From assembly GCF_963921235.1 (NCBI RefSeq), contig NC_086101.1, forward strand, positions 190,898,001 to 190,962,000: a DNA stretch of 64,000 nt. Direction: 5' to 3'. The notes under the pieces were generated by a model. It was not told the DNA's origin. It saw only the letters and a list, made by a program, of their open reading frames with translations, and did no database searches. Below are positions 62,312 through 64,000 of the stretch, piece after piece; the first letter of the stretch is position 1, and every line of letters starts with the position of its first letter. Source of the DNA: Mobula hypostoma. Its lineage: Eukaryota. The translations under genes and the position numbers were made by a program.

Positions 62312-62963
62312 GTGAGGACCAAATTCAGGTACTGTAGCTGCCTCGGAGCGCAAGGACCACCGAATCCCTATGGTCCAAACCTGATCAATAAATGTGGGAG
62401 TGAAGTGTCGGGGACCCTGATCCGGATCCCTCTCCGGTAAATCCTGTTGGGCAGTGTGCTTGGGGACCTGCATGAAACGCTGGCTCTGGTATATTTGGTC
62501 GGGCTGTTTGATATAAAAGTGTTGCAGCTTTATAAAACTTTGGAGAACCGACATTAGGAGATTTCTGTGCTGATCTAGGAGCTACATTAGAGGAAGGGTA
62601 TGGAAGCGTTGGAGAGTATTCAGAAGGGGTTTAATAGATTGGAAAGTGGTTGCGAACAGAAGTTGGACAATATTGCTTTCTTTTATTAAGAGCAGCAAAA
62701 GCCGGAGGGATGGGATTTGGTGAATAATCTGATAGTATTTAAACTCTGAAAATAGAGACAGAATGAAGAGTCAGGGAGTTTGTCAAGTGACCGAATGTCC
62801 TCCTTCCCAGTTGTAAACTCTCTGTCACTCCGAGGGAACTCCAGGGACTCTCCTGTATGTACCCGGTGCCCAGAAAATCTTCAATCTCTTCCCCGCCTCC
62901 AGAAAACGAAGCCGCGGAATTATGAAAATCAACAGTCCAGGGGAACAGAGAAGGCAAATACTT

Positions 62964-63735
62964 AGACCATAAGACCATAAGACAAAGGAGCAGAAGTCGG
63001 CCATTCGGCCCATCGAGTCTGCTCCGCCATTTTATCATGAGCTGATCCATTCTCCCATTTAGTCCCACTACCCCGCCTTCTCACCATAACCTTTGATACC
63101 CTGGCTACTCAGATACCTATCAATCTCTGCCTTAAATACACCCAATGACTTGGCCTCCATTGCTGCCTGTGGCAACAAATTCCATAGATTCACCACCCTC
63201 TGACTAAAAAAATTTCTTCGCATCTCTGTTCTGAATGGGTGCCCTTCAATCCTTGAGTTATGCCCTCTTGTACTAGACTCCCCCATCATGGGAAACAACT
63301 TTGCACATCCACTCTGTCCATGCCTTTCAACATTCGAAATGTTTCTATAAGGTCTCCCCTCATTCTTCTAAACTCCAAGGAATACAGTCCAAGAGCGGAC
63401 AAACGTTTCTCATATGTTAACCCTCTCATTCCCGGAATCATTCTGGTGAATCTTCTCTGTACCCTCTCCAACGTCAGCACATCCTTTCTTAAATAAGGAG
63501 ACCAAAACTGCCCACAGTACTCCAAATCAGGTCTCACCAGTGCCTTATAGAGCCTCAACATCACATCCCTGCTCCTATACTCTATTCTCTCTAGAAATGA
63601 ATGCCAACATTGCATTCTCCTTCTTCATCACCGACTCAGCCTGGAGGTTAAACTTAAGGGTATCCTGTACGAGGACTCACAAGTCCCGTTGCATCTCAGA
63701 ACTTTGATTTCTTTCCCCATTTAAATAACAGTCTG
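62964..63735 (-). mobile_element. CR1 LINE 3' fragment with (AGACCATA)n tail; another CR1 fragment (+) at ~63800-64000
   Basis: ORFs 63286-63615 and 63068-63298. Confidence 0.9.
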
Positions 63736-64000
63736 CCCGTTTATTAGAAGTAATAAAAGTGTCGGAGAACTTCTAAATAGAGGGAATTTTTTTTTTAAAA
63801 ATCCGAGGTGAATAGGGCTTGGAAGCTGTCGTGCAGAATTCCCTAAAAGTTAATTTACAGGTTGAGTCCGTGGTGAGGAAGGCAAATGCAATGTTCGCAT
63901 ACATTTCGAGAGAACGGGAATATAAAAGCAAGAATGTAATGTTGAGACTTTATAAAGCACTGTTAATGTCTCACCTGGAGTATTATGAGCAGTTTTGGGC

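Overview
This is eukaryotic, vertebrate genomic DNA, not prokaryotic. The repeat families (CR1 with (ATAGAAAC)n tails, Penelope pLTR fragments, V-SINEs, Rex1/Babar, Tc1) resemble those I recall from cartilaginous fish, probably a ray; that assignment is inference. Most ORF-track entries are retrotransposon fragments, antisense shadows or satellite read-throughs. The real genes are spliced, on the + strand, and form a small cluster of Siglec-15-like Ig receptor genes. Gene 1 (leader exon upstream of the window): V-set exon V1 at 2489-2872; a second, different V-set exon triplicated in a ~1.95-kb tandem cassette (5095-5484, 7045-7434, and a deleted copy at 9006-9361); a transmembrane exon with an intramembrane Lys (9781-9880); and probably a short RKRRD* tail exon (11694-11709). 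Copy 2 is a frameshifted V1 exon (48459-48841) whose downstream half is replaced by a stack of transposons. Copy 3 has a signal-peptide exon (60452-60512) and an open V1 exon (61928-62311) that lacks the sialic-acid-binding Arg and the B-strand Cys; it presumably continues beyond the window. The V-V(xN)-TM(Lys) layout differs from the V-C2-TM(Lys) layout of canonical Siglec-15 and is the most interesting system here. Also notable is a 2.4-kb inverted Penelope insertion with a 15-bp target-site duplication and minimal hammerhead ribozyme motifs. Exon and TSD coordinates were counted by hand; most transposon boundaries are approximate.
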